Shown: one piece after another, positions 1 to 13,657 of the stretch | Numbering within the stretch: position 1 is the first letter of the stretch | Layout: the number at the start of each line of letters is the position of its first letter | Assembly: GCF_041956535.1 (NCBI RefSeq) | Contig: NW_027192191.1 | Coordinates: forward strand, 879,443-943,442 | Length of the DNA: 64,000 nt | Direction: 5' to 3' | Origin: Calcarisporiella thermophila CBS 279.70 | Lineage: Eukaryota; Fungi; Calcarisporiellomycota | Notes under the pieces: model-generated | Seen by the model: only the letters and a program-made list of their open reading frames with translations | Databases searched by the model: none | What the model was told of the DNA's origin: nothing | Made by a program: the position numbers and the translations under genes

Positions 1-484
1 AATTTCAAACTTCGTCGAATCTCTGGGTGAAATAAATCTTAAAGTTCCAAACGAACGGTTAAAATACAGAGAAGATATTAGCACTCCCTTCACAGGCTGG
101 CCTCACCCCTCAAATATACTGAAGTGGAGTGCTGTGCCTCAGTAGATGAAATATTAAAATTGGCCATAGAAAGGAAAATTTCTCTTTGGATCCACCATGA
201 AAACTCATATCTTTCGCCAAAGGAGACTCTCGGTGTTTCACTTAATAGCTGTATTATTATTATAATTAAGTATTCCTCAAATTTATTTTGAGAATTTGTA
301 GATCATATCATAGAGGTATATGCGAGGTGTGAAGGGAAATATAATGCACAAAATAAAGTAAGATAATATATAACTCTATGAAAGAAAAAAATTGACATCT
401 CTAAGGAAGGCGAGGACAAAACGTGGTGGAAATAATAATGTATAATTAAATAAATAGTAGCGGCAAAAACAAAGTTCTATTTTT

Positions 485-3400
485 TTAACCCGCCTTCACA
501 GTGTAGGTCGTGGGGTGCATCTGGAGGTTGTCGATCTCCGGGTTGAAGCGGATGGGTCGGGTCTTGCGAATGATCCAGATACGGAAGGTGGTGTAGGCAA
601 TAAGAAGGAAGCCGAAGGCGATAGGGATGAGCCAGAACATGGGCGAGAGACGCCAGGAGGTGCCAAAAGGAATGTTAAAAGGGGGAATGTAAACGATTGC
701 CATCGCAAGCACAGCACCCCCCGCCAAACCAGCAAAGTTGTAAGGGTTGCTGAACATGAATTTGCCAAAAGGCAGGCGCAGACGTGCTTTGCATGCAAAC
801 ATGTTGAAGGCCTGCATGATCATGATGCTCAGATAGAGAATGGATTGTCCTTGTGCGAGAGCATCCTTCTGTTCCAAGTACGTGAGAACTCGACCCGAGG
901 CGGTTGTATAGTTAGGCGAATCATCCCGGAAATAACTACCCTCCAGAGCCATCTGACGACAGTCATAGGGAGAAATGCCGTGATAATTCAACACAACAAA
1001 GAAGGATAGCATGCTTGCAATGGTCTCCATGATACCCGCTTCAAGATAGGCCCATAAGAGTAGGTCACCGTCCACAAGCAATTCCGCGCCCGTGGAATCA
1101 ATGAGGTTCTCGCGCCAGAAATCAAGAGTGAACACACGTTTGACACGATGGGCCATCGTTGCGACGCGCCCTGGATGCACTGCTTCGCCGGTTTCTTCGT
1201 CAATGCGGGTAGGCAAGCGGCGAAGGGCAATCCGCCGAAGTCGCTCAATGGATCGGGAAGTAACAGGCTTACGGGGCTGTAATTTCATCAGACCGGACTT
1301 AGTTTCGGGTTTATCCCAGGCGAAGGAAAGAGCAAGGAATAGCTCAAAGCCAAGATCGATCACGAGAATAAGAATGGCCGAGATACCCAAAGGAATGGGA
1401 GCAACGACGTAGAGGAGCTGGGGTACTACCTCAGGGGTCGAGTGCGAGATAGTGTAGCGGATGGATTTCTTTAGGTTAGTGAAGATCAAACGGCCCTCTT
1501 CGATACCGTGGACGGTGGATGCAAAGTTGTCGTCCAGAAGGATCATGGCAGCAGCCTCCTTCGACACGTCACTGCCGGATTGATTCATAGCAATGCCGAG
1601 GTCGGCTTTCTTCAGAGCGGGGGAATCGTTCACACCATCACCTGTTACGCCGACGATATGTCCCATCGATTGGGCACGTTTAACGATCTCTAGCTTGTGG
1701 CGGGGCGAGGTACGCGCAAAAATGATCTCCGTCTTTGAGAAAATACGATCCCATTCTTGGTCGGTGAGCGCGTCGATCATTTCTCCGTGGATGACAATGG
1801 CATCATATTCATCCTCTCCCACATCGTCGACCTGACGCCCAGTACGTTTTGCAACCATTTCGCGTGTATCCGACAAGACCAAGTTAATTTTCCGACCGAT
1901 GGCCTCTGCAGTGAGAGGATGGTCTCCCGTCACCATCATGACTTTAATGCCAGCAGAGCGGCAGCGGCCAATAGCCTCACGAACGCCATGTTTGGGTGGA
2001 TCTTCAAGGGAGGTTAGCCCGACAAAGGTGAGGCCAGAGGTCGGGTAGTTCTTTTTCTCCTTGCTGAACTCAAAGTCGGAAGGATATTGCTCGCGTGGCA
2101 TCAATAATTGCGCAAACGCAAGGACACGATGTCCCTTGGATGCCATATACTCGTACGCGTTTTGGAATTGCTCGCGATGCCTATCGGTCAGTGGAACGAT
2201 CCCGTTGTCGAGGATGGTGTCGCAGAGGCGTAGCACGCGTTCAGGTGCACCCTTGATGAAGAGGGTGAGGTCGCCGGTGCTGTGGGGCATTTTGTGGATG
2301 GACATATGCCACTTGTTGTCAGAGTTGAAGGGAATTTCGAATACTTTGGGATACAGTTCTTGGGCCTTTTCAAACTCCGACAAGTTCTGGGCCGCGTACC
2401 GCAAAAGACCTGCCTCCGTAGCATCACCTAGGACCTCCCGTTGGTCGATGGGCACATCCGTTCGATCGAATTTAGCGCGAGTGCAAAGGCTAGAAATGTG
2501 CATGATCTCGCTGACGCCAGGCGTACCCGAAGTGGCCAATTCTTCTTCTTGGTTCAGAGATCGGTGAACAGTCATCATCCGAAGGCCGGTCCAAATGTTG
2601 GTCACGGTCATCTGGTTGCGAGTGAGCGTGCCAGTCTTGTCCGTGGCAAGAAGGGTGATGGCACCAAGGGTTTCTACCCCTTGCAGATCCTTGACGAGTA
2701 CGTTCCGCTGGGCCATGCGCTTGGCAGCAATGGTCAGCAGCATAGTGACGGTGGCTGGCAATCCTTGCGGCACCCAGGCCACGAGCACACCAATAGCAAA
2801 GTTGAGGGTAAGACCAATGTTGCCGTTATTGACTCTGAAACCGATTCCAAAGAAGATAGCAGCGGTAACGATGGCAATAGAGGCGATGATCTTGACGAAG
2901 TTGTCGATCTCTTGCGAAAGTGGGGACTTGCGCTTGTCTTCACCCGCCGTCAAACCAGCAATCTGCCCGAGAACAGTGCGGTCGCCTGTGCGCACCACAA
3001 TTCCGTATCCCTCCCCAGCAACGATCAAGGTCCCATTGAATAGCATATTAGTCGCTTCAAGCGGATTCTTGTGGGTATTCGTCACGGAGCGTTCTTGTGG
3101 CTCGGATTCACCGGTTAAGGAGGAATTATCCACCTTCATCTCGCTGCAGGAGAACAGGAAAACGTCGGCTGGAACTTTGTCGCCCATTCGCAAGAACACA
3201 ACGTCACCGAGCACAAGATTCGACGCGGGCATTTGTAGCAACTTTCCCTCACGAATGCATCGGCAAGTAGCGGGGATCATGTTAAGGAATGACTCAAGAA
3301 TTGCCGCCGATTTCTGCATCTGATAGAATTCGATGAAAGCATTCAGGAAAGCGACGACGATGAGGATGGCTCCGAGGTAAGTCTAAAACATAATCCAATA

Positions 3401-4030
3401 CAGCATTCAATATGGATGCAAGGAATCTAGAGCCAAACAATGTAAAATAAGGCTTACATTAGGGAAATTTCCTACCGGATCGATTCCATAAAGGATGTAT
3501 TCGATTACGCCGGCAACAATGAGAAGGAGATTGAAAAGAGTGGAGAGGCATTCAAGATACTTGACAATGGCATGTTTCTTCTTGGGAGGGGTCAACTGAT
3601 TAGGGCCATTTTCTTTCAGCAAACGGGTCGCATGATAAGGGTCCAAGCCACGAGATTCGGCAGGCTTTGTGGGATTGATTGAAGTAGAGTAGCGCTTGGC
3701 GCAATCCTCAGGCGAGAGCAGATGCTCATCGATGTTAACCTGCTCGATCTCCTTCTTGCCCTTCTTCTTGGATTTGTTGAACTTGGCTCTGATGGCAGCA
3801 TGCTCCTCAGGGGTGGATTGAGGCAAGCCTCGCGGGTCAGAGCGCGTCAAAGTGCGAGAGCGATCTGGGAGAGTCGGCTGGGAGAAGGTGATTTTGCCTT
3901 GTCCATCAGCCGCCATGATGGACGCCGATGGAACCGCCGTGGAGGTATTAGACCCCTCGGTGTCCAGCGTGGAGGACTGCTCCATCAGGATATTCATTTC
4001 CACCTTGTCCTCCGCCCCAGCTGTTTGCAT
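485..4030 (-). CDS. P-type ATPase, P2C (Na+/K+- or H+/K+-ATPase alpha-like); 2 exons (4030-3458, 3382-485)
   Basis: Motifs TGES, DKTGTLT (phosphorylation site), KGAPE, MVTGDH and TGDGVNDSPALKKAD, plus the Na/K-like N-terminal GPNQLTPP. A GT-AG intron at 3457-3383 joins GNFPN|TYLGAIL in frame. Confidence 0.93.
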
Positions 4031-4900
4031 ACTAGAATGATGAGAAGAATAGGAAATCAAAGAGAGGGATGGGAAAAGGTATTAATAGAGCGCGCAAGGC
4101 CCAAAATTCATTTATTTACTAACCCCTTCAGTTTCGATAGCATAATAGGGCTTATTCCAACCCAGAGACAGGCTTCACCACCCAAGGATTTTGCGGGCTG
4201 AGTATTAATAACCGGTGCAAGGTGACCGGGATAAAGGGCATCGGAAATTGCTTCGCAATGTGGTTGCACAGTGGGCGGACATCCCTTATGGATACTAAGG
4301 ACCGCTATTGTTCGCCGGGGTGCTACTCCAATCTGGCGCCGGCAAAACTTGCGCTTTGTCGAACCTTGGGCCCTCGTGGTGGCAGTAGGAATGCCAGCAT
4401 TCCTTATGCGGGGGCCTCTGTGCCCGCTGGCTTGACTTGATTACTGAACGATGGCAACCTTCTTAGTTGCAAGGCCAATGACGCCCTGAGGCTAGTCTTC
4501 ACTGAGTTCACGCCTCGACTTTGGCTCTGAAGGGTTGCGCGAGCTGATGCAAACGCTCACGGAAAATTCTGCCAGCGTGTGACTGAGCAACCCCGCGAAT
4601 GGCTTGCCTTCTCCAGAGCCAAAGTGCTTGGAGAAATGTTCTGGAAGTTCCGCCTGACTTCCTGGAATAGACGCATCCTTATTATCGGGAACCCTCCCAT
4701 GATTAGCTGTTCTCGCGCAGACCCGGTCACACTGATTGCGATGGAATGGGGAAACTTTAACTTAGAGTGGGAGCTGCTAGGGATATGTCAACGGTTTGTG
4801 CACTCATCCTTTAATATCACTTAATATCTCCGAGGGTATTTTGTGAAATACATGTACAGTTTATTGGGATATCCTCGGCCCATAAGGGCTTATATATAAA

Positions 4901-6583
4901 TTATTTGGCGCCCACTGCAAAACGCTCCAGGCTCTGATCTTCCAATACATTGAGTCCGGTCACCACGAATGAGGGCTGAGAAGCAAGCGCCCCAAATTTA
5001 CACAAGTCTTCCACGAGGGTCCATGAAGCAAGCACACAATCCTTTATGCCAATGCCGTTATAACTGCTGCCCGTAACGGAGAGGCGGTGTCCGGTGGTAC
5101 TTTGCATGGCACGATGAAGCTCTTGCATCCGTCCAATATGGCCTACCTGATATTGCGGGATGCATCCCTGCTGCATTCCAACCGCAGATAGCACAGGAGG
5201 AGCCTGGATTCCAAGAGTCTGCTTAACAGTATCTGTTGCAAGCTCCAGCAGCTGCTGTTTAGTTATTGTGGAGGGATCCTGTCCTGGGAATGCATGTGGT
5301 AAACGAGCGCCGCCAATCATAACTGTGAGTTTGGTAATGGGTCGCTCGTCTTGTTCGGGGAGGGCGCGAGAGTCGAATATAATTCCAAGCACTCCTTTGC
5401 TTTCTTGGATGAACAACTCTGGAACTAGGAATCCAAATCCGTCTGGGACCTCACCGGATGAATAAGCAAGATTGACTACCCCAACATTGACTGACGGGTT
5501 ATGAGTTAAATGCGGAAGGGGAGTGGTTCCAGTTAACAGTTGGTGAAGCGCCGGGGAAGGGAGGGCGCTGATAACATGGTCGGCCTCTAGTTCGTTTGAC
5601 GAAAGCATCAGCTAATCGAATAGGCGAAGCTTATTAGAGACTAGGGAATCAAAAGCTAAAAATCTTGAATACATACTCGGACCCGGTCGTTCTCGAACAT
5701 TAGCTGCAATACATGCTGATTTGTTTCCATCTTCACGTTTGGCATCTGTGAGAGTGCCTTCACCAGTGCTTGCGGGAGCGATTCAACTCCATTCTTAAAG
5801 CTAAACATGCTCACTTTATCCATGTGCTCATAGAGGTCAAAGTTCTCTCTCCTGGCTCTCCACTTAATCCCCTTCTCTCGATAGGTCTCCAACCCTCCGC
5901 GGATCATTCCTAGAAGAACGGACCCGTACACTTTTTCCGCATCCCATAGATAGGGCATAGTTGCTCTCACACTTAGTTCACGCGCATCGCCGGCATAAAT
6001 TCCATGCATGACCGCCGATATTAGGTTAGATGCAATGTTGTCGTTAAACCGGCGAGAAACAAAGTCGTAGACACTTTCATCCTCCACATCATCAGATATC
6101 CGGCTCACGAATGGCTCTCGGAGGGCGCCAGTTATAAGACCCTTTAGGGCGGGAGAGCGATCGAAGAGAAGCGAGAGAGGAGAGGTGGGTAATTGATTGA
6201 GTCTACCTGAGTGGTATATAAAGCGATTTTTTGCTGCCGGTTGAGTTTTTGGAACTGTAATCAGCTCAGGTAACAGATTGAGTCGGCTAATCTATCAACT
6301 CAAGAGCAATTGAGTAAAAAAAGATTTAAGATCATTATTAAGTAATATTTACAGTATCAATAAGAACATAACCACCCGCTCCGTTACATCTGAGGGTGTG
6401 AGGCCCCCGTTCAAACAAGACCCCCTGGTCACCCTCTCGACTTGACCGAATCCAACCACCCCATCTCTCTGAACTCTCCAATAATGTAATTTTGATTTTT
6501 GGTAGAGCATTGGCCAGAAAATAAGCCGCGCTAAGACCTGAGATGCCACCCCCCAATATTACGACGCGGCTTGGAGCACTCAT
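4901..6583 (-). CDS. HEM14: Protoporphyrinogen oxidase (multi-exon)
   Basis: N-terminal VVILGGGISGL FAD fold, FERGPHTLR, GIYAGDARELS, GFGFLVP and IPQYQVGH motifs spread over three ORF pieces separated by short introns. Confidence 0.9.
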
Positions 6584-6917
6584 ATTTTGATACCAAGCAA
6601 AACACAGGAAATGAAAATTAAAATAGAACGTCGAATCAAGAAAACAAAATTGTGTCCTGTCTAAGTGCTATATTCAACTCGCAATATACTTTCCCGCATC
6701 GGAACGACAATGACTCATTCGAGGCAAGTGAGTAACATACCGGAAGAGAGTGCGCGGCGCAGTTGAATGCCCTGTCCGAGAAGCAGTCCTGAAGTGACTT
6801 TATTTTATTTCGCACTTTTATTTCGCACAATTTTTCATATTCCCCAGATTTATTGTTATAAACATTTTTTTTTTTGTCCACTCTCCCTGCTTTTGCATTC
6901 GCGACGATCTTCCTTGT

Positions 6918-9900
6918 ATGGAGTACGTTATTTCTAGAGTTCAGGAGGAAATCGCGCTTGATGGTGCAGAAGGTATGTTATCCTCAAGATTCGATTGCAT
7001 CGACTTGATCACTTGAGGGAGTATTTAATCGTATCAACTATTATATCCTTCATTTTAGGTTGTGATCTGCCGCGCATGTGGTCGTTTGCGGAGCAAGCAG
7101 TGAGAAAGCGTGTTGAGGAACTGGGAGAGAACATTGCCCCAGTAATAGATAATGCCTACAAATCTTACTTATGGAGAGTTATTGTCAACTCGAATTGGGC
7201 CACGTTCTTTGAGAATTTAGAACAGAATGTGACAACAGAAGCGGATGTAACACCTAGTGGGAAAAAAACCTCTAAAGTGGTCGCAGTATGTAGTGCCATG
7301 CATAGTTTCCTTTAACTGCTGGACTTATTTTTCATTGCTTTATTAGAAAAAATTGAATTATCGTCCACTTAAGATAAGCTCAGACACCCCGTACGTCCAG
7401 ATTGCCGAAAAATATGGAGACCAGCTACGAATTGTTGTTAGCCAGAAATATCGGGATGCTGTTGTGCTGACGGTTCGTATAGCATAGACGCGTTTTTCTT
7501 TTACTTGCAAATTGAGCTTGAATTGAATTTTTGTGTATTTTACTCCAAACGCAGGCCGATCAAACCTTGTCTGAGGCATGCAGAATCATTTTAGATCGCA
7601 TCGCCAAAGCGAGGTCGACCGGTGCTAGTCAGATTGATATTTCCAGAGACCTTGACTTGGATTCGCGCTCCGTTTTTCACTATATCAAGGAGCTTTTAAA
7701 TCAAAAACTCATGTAAGTTCCATGATACATATACAAAAAGCTCCTTTTTTTATTTTTTAATATTTTTATGAATAGTATTAAGTTTCCGATAATATCGATG
7801 GGAAAGTATACTCAGTTGTGTGTGCATGTTCGCTTCTGTGAGCAAAATAAAGGTTATCAAACCTCGAAAATGGGTGGGGTACCTGCAATACTAGGGAGCA
7901 GCAGTGCACAAGGCGAGACTCCAATATTTGTGGAAGAAGACAGCAATCAATTCTACTCGGACGGAATTCGTCAAAAAATATCGGATCTCTTAGACGCTGC
8001 GGCAAACAAGGTGATGGTAGTGGAAGATTTGATCAAGGGCATGGTAAGCAGATAGTATGAAAAGCGAAATAGCATTGTTCTAACTACTTGGGATGGGCTC
8101 ATCCTCTACCAGAATTACGATGTGTCTACCCAAAATGCACGAAGGATATTTAACCGCCAGATCCAGTTCCTTGCCCGTAAAGGTTACATTGAAAGGCTTA
8201 ACGTTCTAAGAAAGGACAATAAAAAGGGTTCAGACCGGTGTATCCGTTTACTAAAACCATATGGCACTTCGTCCACAAGAGCAGATGTCCCCTCGGAAAC
8301 GGCGATGCTGACCAGTATACCCAACGACCCTGCGGAGCGAAGTGAGGAATTTCTAATTGATTTGCCGTTAACAAGTCAAATCTACAGACTTATACAAATC
8401 TCCGGCGAGCACGGAGTCTCGAGCGTGGAATTGCGCCAAAAGCTTAGCAAGGTTAGCATAAAAGCTTTACAAGCGCGAATAGACCGGCTTATGAAGGCAG
8501 TCCCAGAGGAGCTGAAGGAATTAGAGGTGGAGCGCCGCTCTGAGTTTCACGGCAAGCAACGACAGTTTCGTTATTTTGTGCAGAGCGCATTACAAGCACA
8601 GCCTGCCATGGAGAGTTCAGGAGGAGGCATAGAAGCATCGGTAGGAAGTTCGAAGCAGGCATTCGATGTCATCATTAAGAATACGAAGATGAATAGATCT
8701 TTGAAACGCAAATCTCCTCCGTCATCAACGGCTTCCCGTCGAAAAAATGCAACTACCACTCCCAAAAGGTTGCCAGTCTCAAGAATGTCGTCAAAATCGG
8801 CGGCAGCAGAAGACGCTGAGAGACCAGGCACAACTCCCTCGAAACATGGCGTCGCCCAAAGCGACACCTCCATCGGGTCGGGATCCACTACTGCTTCAAT
8901 CAGTAGAATTGAAATTACCACTCCTAAATCTACACGGGCTCCTCTTCTAGTCAGCGAGACTCCAGTTTCCAGCCACTCTACTCCCAGCGCGACTCCTGTC
9001 CACACTCCGATGACCGGTGTTACTTCTGAGCAGCGCAGGCAAGCGCTTCTAAGCCTCCTTGAAACACACAGAATTTTGGAGCTAAACACTCGTTCCATCT
9101 CCACTTACGACGAAGAGTTTGCAAGGCTCTATGGCGGTACGCCGTTTAAGACCGACAGAAAGACACTGACTCGTCTTGCCGACGCTATGGAAGAGAAAGG
9201 AATGCTGCAAAAGTTTATTGTCAGCTTCCCGATTCTAAATGGTACACATAAGGCAGCGACGTTTCTTATGCATTCCGAGGCCAGTCAGTCCGACGAAGAT
9301 ATAAAGCAATACGTCGCTCAAGTACGGACACGATACCTCTACAACATGCTTGGGGGATCCACCACGAAGCAAATTAAAATTCGCGAGGTGGATATGGAGG
9401 TCGAGCGGATTGGTGATATAAGGAAGCGGTTGGCTCCAGATACGGAAGATCCCGAGGCGACACCTATGCCACAGAGGACCGAATCTGAAATCGCTGAACA
9501 TGTTGAAGAACACTGGATCACAATAGCACAGGGCTATGGGTTCATAGAGCCTCGAATGTTGCGAGCCAAATGGATCCATCTTTGGCTGCTGCAATTGGTA
9601 GACCCTGAGTCGAAGCTGGACTCTCGGGTGGACACGGAAACTCGAACCATCCCTGCTAGTGCTCTGATGGAGAGCATGCCGCTCGAACTCTACCTGAAAG
9701 CAATTGGACAGCGATCGCGCAACACACTTCTCGATAATTATATTAAAGCAAGCCAGCCGATTCATATCAAGCTCTCAGAGCTTCCGGAGCCATTGCGCGG
9801 TAGTCTTCTGCGCGGAGAACAACGCAAAATGCGTGTCCGCTTGAGACGCAGCTTAAACATTCTAATGGCACTTGATCTAGTTAGGCCGCATAAGCTCAAA

Positions 9901-12900
9901 CACGAAGACCCCTTTACTGAACAGTTTCAACAAGATCTAGAGGAACGTGCCGCCCATTCCGAGAGCAGCCTCTTTCCCGCTTATTTGGTGACATGCTCAG
10001 CTCGTATGCACAACTTTGCCGAAAACGATAAAGAGCCGCTTGGTATTTATGAAGTTGAGACGGTAGCTCAGGGTGAACGCTACTGGAAAGACTTGCAATA
10101 TCTATGCACAAAACAAGCGAGTGCTGAGGAAAACTTGGAAGACCAATACGAAGCCGAGAATGAGGATGAGGAGCCACGCGCTATCGGCTTTCAGGGAACA
10201 GAAAACATGCAACGCGAGCTTTTCAACTACCTCACCAAGTTCATCTGCCGTAACCGAGAATGGAGGGTTGACTATCACTACAGTCTAGAGCAGCGGATGG
10301 TCTTAGAGCAACACGCAAGTCGCCGTGCTGGCTTGCTGCTCACCCCTGACGAGAATCAGATCCGTCGACTTGCCAATGAGCTTTCACTCCCGTCGGAGGC
10401 CGTGCAAGACTTTTTCAACAAAAAAATCATGAAGGTAAAAATTGCCACCTATTATCAGCGCATGAAGGAGCAGAGAACGAGGCAATCGAGGACACCGAGA
10501 ACTCGGAGATCGAACAGCACGAGTATTGACGGGCAGCAACCCCAACCACCTCAAGTCAGCGATGGCATCTCTGATAAGTTGACACGGAAGTTTGCGGAGC
10601 TGCGCAAGTTCCGGGGTCAAAAGGAACCCAAATCGAGTGTTCGTTTGCATAAACGACTGGGCCGGAAAAGACGCAATAAGAAGGCTGATAGGGAACAAGA
10701 AGGAAGTACACAGACGGGTATGCTTCTATTCGTATGAATTGACAAGGAAATTTCTTTGTCTTTAATTCTATTCCTATTTTTGTATTACTCCCATAGACGA
10801 GAATTTGGAAGAATATACACGCACACGTCACCGTTGGACGCCTGAAGCCGATGAAATAATGCTTCTTGCGGTTGCCATTAATCGACATCGCAGTAGAAGC
10901 ACTGGAAAATATTTCTGGCGCCCTGTCACGCAGCTCTTCCCCAATCTCAGTCCAGAACAGTGCAAGCGACGCAGTGATGTTCTTTTCAAGGATCATATGA
11001 AACAGGCACGCCTTAATGTTTTGATTCAACGCTGGGATGATATTTATCGAAAGGGTATTCAATGCGGTGACATTGTGGATCCCCACCCTTCGGACCCAAA
11101 TGACTATGACATGAAATCTTTTTATGATTACTTTGCACAACGACTCAGAGAGGAGAGGTATTTATCCGTTTTGGGATTCTCCACTTTGATAAATTTTCTT
11201 CCTGATACATATCTGATTCACTTATTGCTGACAATAAACCCACAGTGAGACTGGTCCCCCCAACACCCCACTTCCCCGAGATCCAGCGCTGGTTGAACAG
11301 TTATTTGATATATCAACATCCGCCGATTCTCACTCTGCTTCGCGCATCGATGATTTATATAGCAGTAGAACATCTTTAAAGATGGGATTGCTTGTATCAC
11401 ATGGGCTCCCGTTGGTCTTGTTTTCTAACGACTCCACCATTTCCGATATGACATACCAATCATGCGAGCAAGTTGATGACGAGAAGCTTTACCTATTGAA
11501 AGTGTTGATTAAGGTACCCTGTCATTATTTCATATAGACTAATTGTTTACTAATGGAGTTTCTTTTTTTTTCTCTCCTTGTGATAGATGATATTAATGAC
11601 ACCTAAAACTAGCTACAATTCCAAGGTGGCGTTTACCGTCCTTAATTATTTCCACCAAGAATTGATTAGTCGCGTGCTCGATCTTGAGAAAAAGCATGGC
11701 ACTATGACCAAGATCAAACCGGGTAGAGACCGGCGTCTTCCTGGGCGTGGGGTATCCTTTACTGAAAAGTAAAACCCACCTACAGCTGTATGGATACATT
11801 AGAAGTGTACTGACTCACCTGCATCTATATATAAGGTTCTTCCATACACTTGTTGGTGATCTGCCTATGGGAATTTTTGCTCAAGCCACGACTTTTCACC
11901 AACAACAGCTTAACAATCAGATGGAGATTCCAAGTAATCTATCGAATAGTGGTGCCATGGCATGCTTTCTCAACAAACTCGCCCACGGCTCGGTAAATTA
12001 AACCTCTTTTTTATCCAGGGTGGATGCGATTACACAGATTTCTTATATTTTTAATGTATGTTTAGCTCACTCTGGACGCGAAAAATTTGCACTTTGCGCC
12101 ACTTGATCAACTACATTCCCGCAAAGGTAAAATTATTAATGGCTTTAGACGATACACATCATCAATTTATATCATATTTACATTTGATCAGTTGCGAATG
12201 AATTCACGTTTGACGTGGTAGTAACGCCAATCAAGCATATTGAGAATGAGCAAACACCAAAAGAAGAAAAGCAACCAGCTACAACAGAAAAATCGTCCTT
12301 TTCATTGTCAAAACTCTTTTCCTTTTCTCTGTTTCCCGCCCGTAAGCGCAAGAATCTCCCAGAATCAAGTGATTCTTCAAGCCAAGGTAACCCTAGCAAG
12401 CGCCCACGGCGTTCCCCGTCCATACCCGAAGATACAGATGGCAAGCCAGACGACGTCGAGATGATTGGCGTACAATACGATTCTGAGGAGGAAAAGCACG
12501 AACTCCTTTCACTGTATCGGGTGATTAGAGATGCGGGTGAGAAGGGCTTGAGCCTAATTGATATTAAGGTAAAAATATTTCTCTCTTTTCCCATTGAAGT
12601 CACCCCATCCGCCTCTAAACCAATCTAATTTCTAATTCCATAGAATAAACTACAAGAAACTTCTAGTAGCATCTCGGATCAAACCATTCTTAAACACATC
12701 AAGTCGCTCACCTCAGTCGAGAATCCACCCATTGCTCGTGTTGGCATTAATACTATAAGATTTGTTGATCAACAATATACTACCGCATGGATGGTCAAGT
12801 TACGCGAAGCGGAAGAAATAAGTGGTGGCAACCAACCCTTCTTGGAAGAAAGTCCCACCCAGCCTAATATCACCCCACTTTTAACACAAGGACGAGAGAA

Positions 12901-13388
12901 AAACATGTCGATACCACGGATGTGGATTGATATCCGCGGAAAAGTGATAGAAACCGTGTTAATAGCTTGTATTGAGGTGGTTTTGGACTTGATAGTAAGA
13001 AAACCGGGAATCTATGAGGTGACTATCAATTCTCCCACGGATTAACATGTCATTGCTGATTTTATCTTAATTTTATGTAATAGTCTAACATCCAGCGACT
13101 CCTGGACGTTGTTCTGACCCGAGGCGAACTAAAGGACATTCTCGACCACTTGATCCAAAAAGGTGCTGTGCGCACCCAAACCATTAAAAAGCCCTCTGTC
13201 GTTTCGTTGTTTTCCCAGGATCACTTCTTTGAGGAGCATGGTATATGCAACCCCTTCTTTTGAAGATGGGCTTTATTGATTCGATACTAACCCATTTCTT
13301 TGTTTTTACAGATTCTCCTTTAATTGATAAGGATCTGATTACCTGCTACTGGGCCAACCCCGATTATTATACAAAATATCTGCCGTAA
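6918..13388 (+). CDS. TFC3: RNA Pol III transcription factor TFIIIC B-block-binding subunit (Tfc3/Sfc3/GTF3C1-like), many exons
   Basis: Starts MEYVISRVQEEIALDGAEG|C (EIALDG motif). Winged-helix segment ILDRIAKARSTGASQIDISRDLDLDSRSVFHYIK, DRKTL motif and C-terminal PRMWIDIRG...PGI. Exon boundaries only partly resolved. Confidence 0.8.
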
Positions 13389-13657
13389 TTATTTATTAAA
13401 CTCTGCAAGTTAGATTTAGCGGTTATCGTTACTAAACTAGTCTGTGTATATTTTTTCTTTGCTCTAACCCGCCTTTTTGCCTCTAGTTAATTAATCTTAT
13501 AGCTTCTCACCTCTCTATACTTTTTTTTGCATTACACAGAATTTTCCAATAATAAATGCAAATTGCCCTGGAAGAAATTGTACTTCGAGGCTTAGATCCT
13601 AATTGGGAATAATGGAGAGAAGAATGAGCTTTCATCTTCCAGTAGATATCTAAAAAT

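Noticed and set aside
496-3323. Many antisense or overlapping ORFs in the ATPase (and likewise in the oxidase, AKR and other GC-rich genes)
   Set aside because: These are shadow ORFs produced by GC-rich codon usage on the opposite strand, with no motifs.
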